NCBI RefSeq assembly: GCF_001194135.2
Contig: NC_068987.1
Span: 49,907,027 to 49,971,026 of the forward strand
Direction of reading: 5' to 3'
From: Octopus bimaculoides
Lineage: Eukaryota
Length of the DNA: 64,000 nt
Made by a program: the position numbers and the translations under genes. Every line of letters begins with the position of its first letter. Position 1 is the first letter of the stretch. Below the pieces are notes generated by a model. It saw only the letters and a program-made list of their open reading frames with translations, did not search any database and had not been told where the DNA came from. Shown piece by piece: positions 62,701 to 64,000 of this stretch.

Positions 62701-64000
62701 CCGCATATATAACTAGAAGGTAAAGATAACTAGATGAGGTTAATTTGATTAATGTTTAGTTTAAATTGTAGGGAGTTAGAGACTAAAAAATAAATAAATA
62801 AATGGACGGGGTGTGAAGCTCTTGGGAAAACCAGTTGAGTGAAGAGTTCAGACCACATACATGAGATATGGCCAAGGTAATGGGAAGAGGAGAGTAAAGA
62901 ACATTGTGTTGTTCTTTAGCTTCAATTCAATCTTGATAATGTAGGCCTCTGTTCAGAAGCATCTTTTTAAGACTATAAAGACTGTTTAATCTAATGAATT
63001 CTTACCTTAATTTGGATGCTAAGGTGTAATTTAAGATAGATTTGAACTAAGAACATAAAGAATGTAACTAAATACCAGTATTCATTTTGTCTGGCACTTC
63101 ACAAATTCTGCCACCAACTACTTTGTAATAGATAATAAATAATGACATCTAACTTAGACACAAAGTCATTAATATTTGTTGGGGAGAAGGTGACAAGCTG
63201 GCAGAGTTGTTACCATACCAGGCAAAATACTTAGTGGCATTTCGTTTTGTCTTTATGTCCTAAGTTCAAATTCCATCAAGGTCATCTTTTGCGGGCGATA
63301 AAATACTGGGGTCAATGTAATCAATGTAATCAATGTAATTACTTCCCTGTAATTGCTGGCCTCATGCCAAAATTTGAAACCAATATTTGTTGGGGAAAGA
63401 AACAGGCAATGTATTTCATCTTAGTATTTGACTAGTATTTTTATTTCATAGAACTAAGACGGGTGAAAGGCAATATTAATCTCAATGAGAATTGGAACTT
63501 GGAGTATGAAGAGATTTTACCAAGGCTTTACAGATTCTGCCAATAAAATATTTTCAGAATTCCAATAAAAGCATTGAAGTTGACCCGTATTCTTTTATTC
63601 TTTCATTTTCTTACTTGTTCGACCATTGGATTGTGGCCATGCCAAGGCACTGCCTTGAAGGATCTAGTCAAACAAATTGACCCTAGTACTTATTCTTTAA
63701 AGTCTAGTATCTATTCTATTGGTTCCTTTTGCTGAACTGCTTTATGTTGAGTTGAACAACAGACTAGAAGTCCCACCCAAGAATTTATTGTAAGCTTTAC
63801 TCCCTAACATTTTTTCTGTCAAGACAGTGAAGTTATTTGTCCATAGCTGAGATCCCATAATCCTGTACAGTGGTCCATATCAGATAGAGTGTCGGGCTCA
63901 CGATCATGAGGTAGTGAGTTCAATTCTCAGACCGGGCTGTGTGTTGTTTTCTTGAGCAAGATACTTAATTTTACATTGCTCCAGTTCACTCAGCTGTAGA

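Overview
AT-rich, repeat-dense animal genomic DNA with N gaps at 2558-2674, 19753-20107, 44068-44167, 46145-46739, 48260-48673 and 54452-54461. The SINE/RTE/MITE repertoire and (CAT)n/(TA)n content suggest an Octopus draft assembly (inference). One intact protein-coding gene is present: the nuclear exosome RNA helicase MTR4/MTREX (SKIV2L2) on the minus strand, CDS 43651->11440. It has 26 coding exons with GT-AG introns and consistent phases. 25 exons are fully visible (993 codons plus stop); exon 20 lies mostly in a gap. The rest is transposon-derived: solo LTR, mariner and derived MITEs, TTAA MITEs, Helitrons, RTE, an RLE-type LINE with an ~85-bp flanking duplication, a 9-bp-TSD foldback element, hAT and tRNA SINEs. 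The most unexpected signal is at least 15 decayed fragments resembling pecanex-like 4 (PCNX4). They are scattered from ~6 kb to ~63 kb on both strands, in MTR4 introns and flanks, with overlapping protein segments present several times, i.e. a host gene behaving like an old dispersed repeat. PCNX4 matches were made by eye against my recollection of the human protein and need BLASTX/HMM confirmation. Pseudogene and old-repeat boundaries are approximate.
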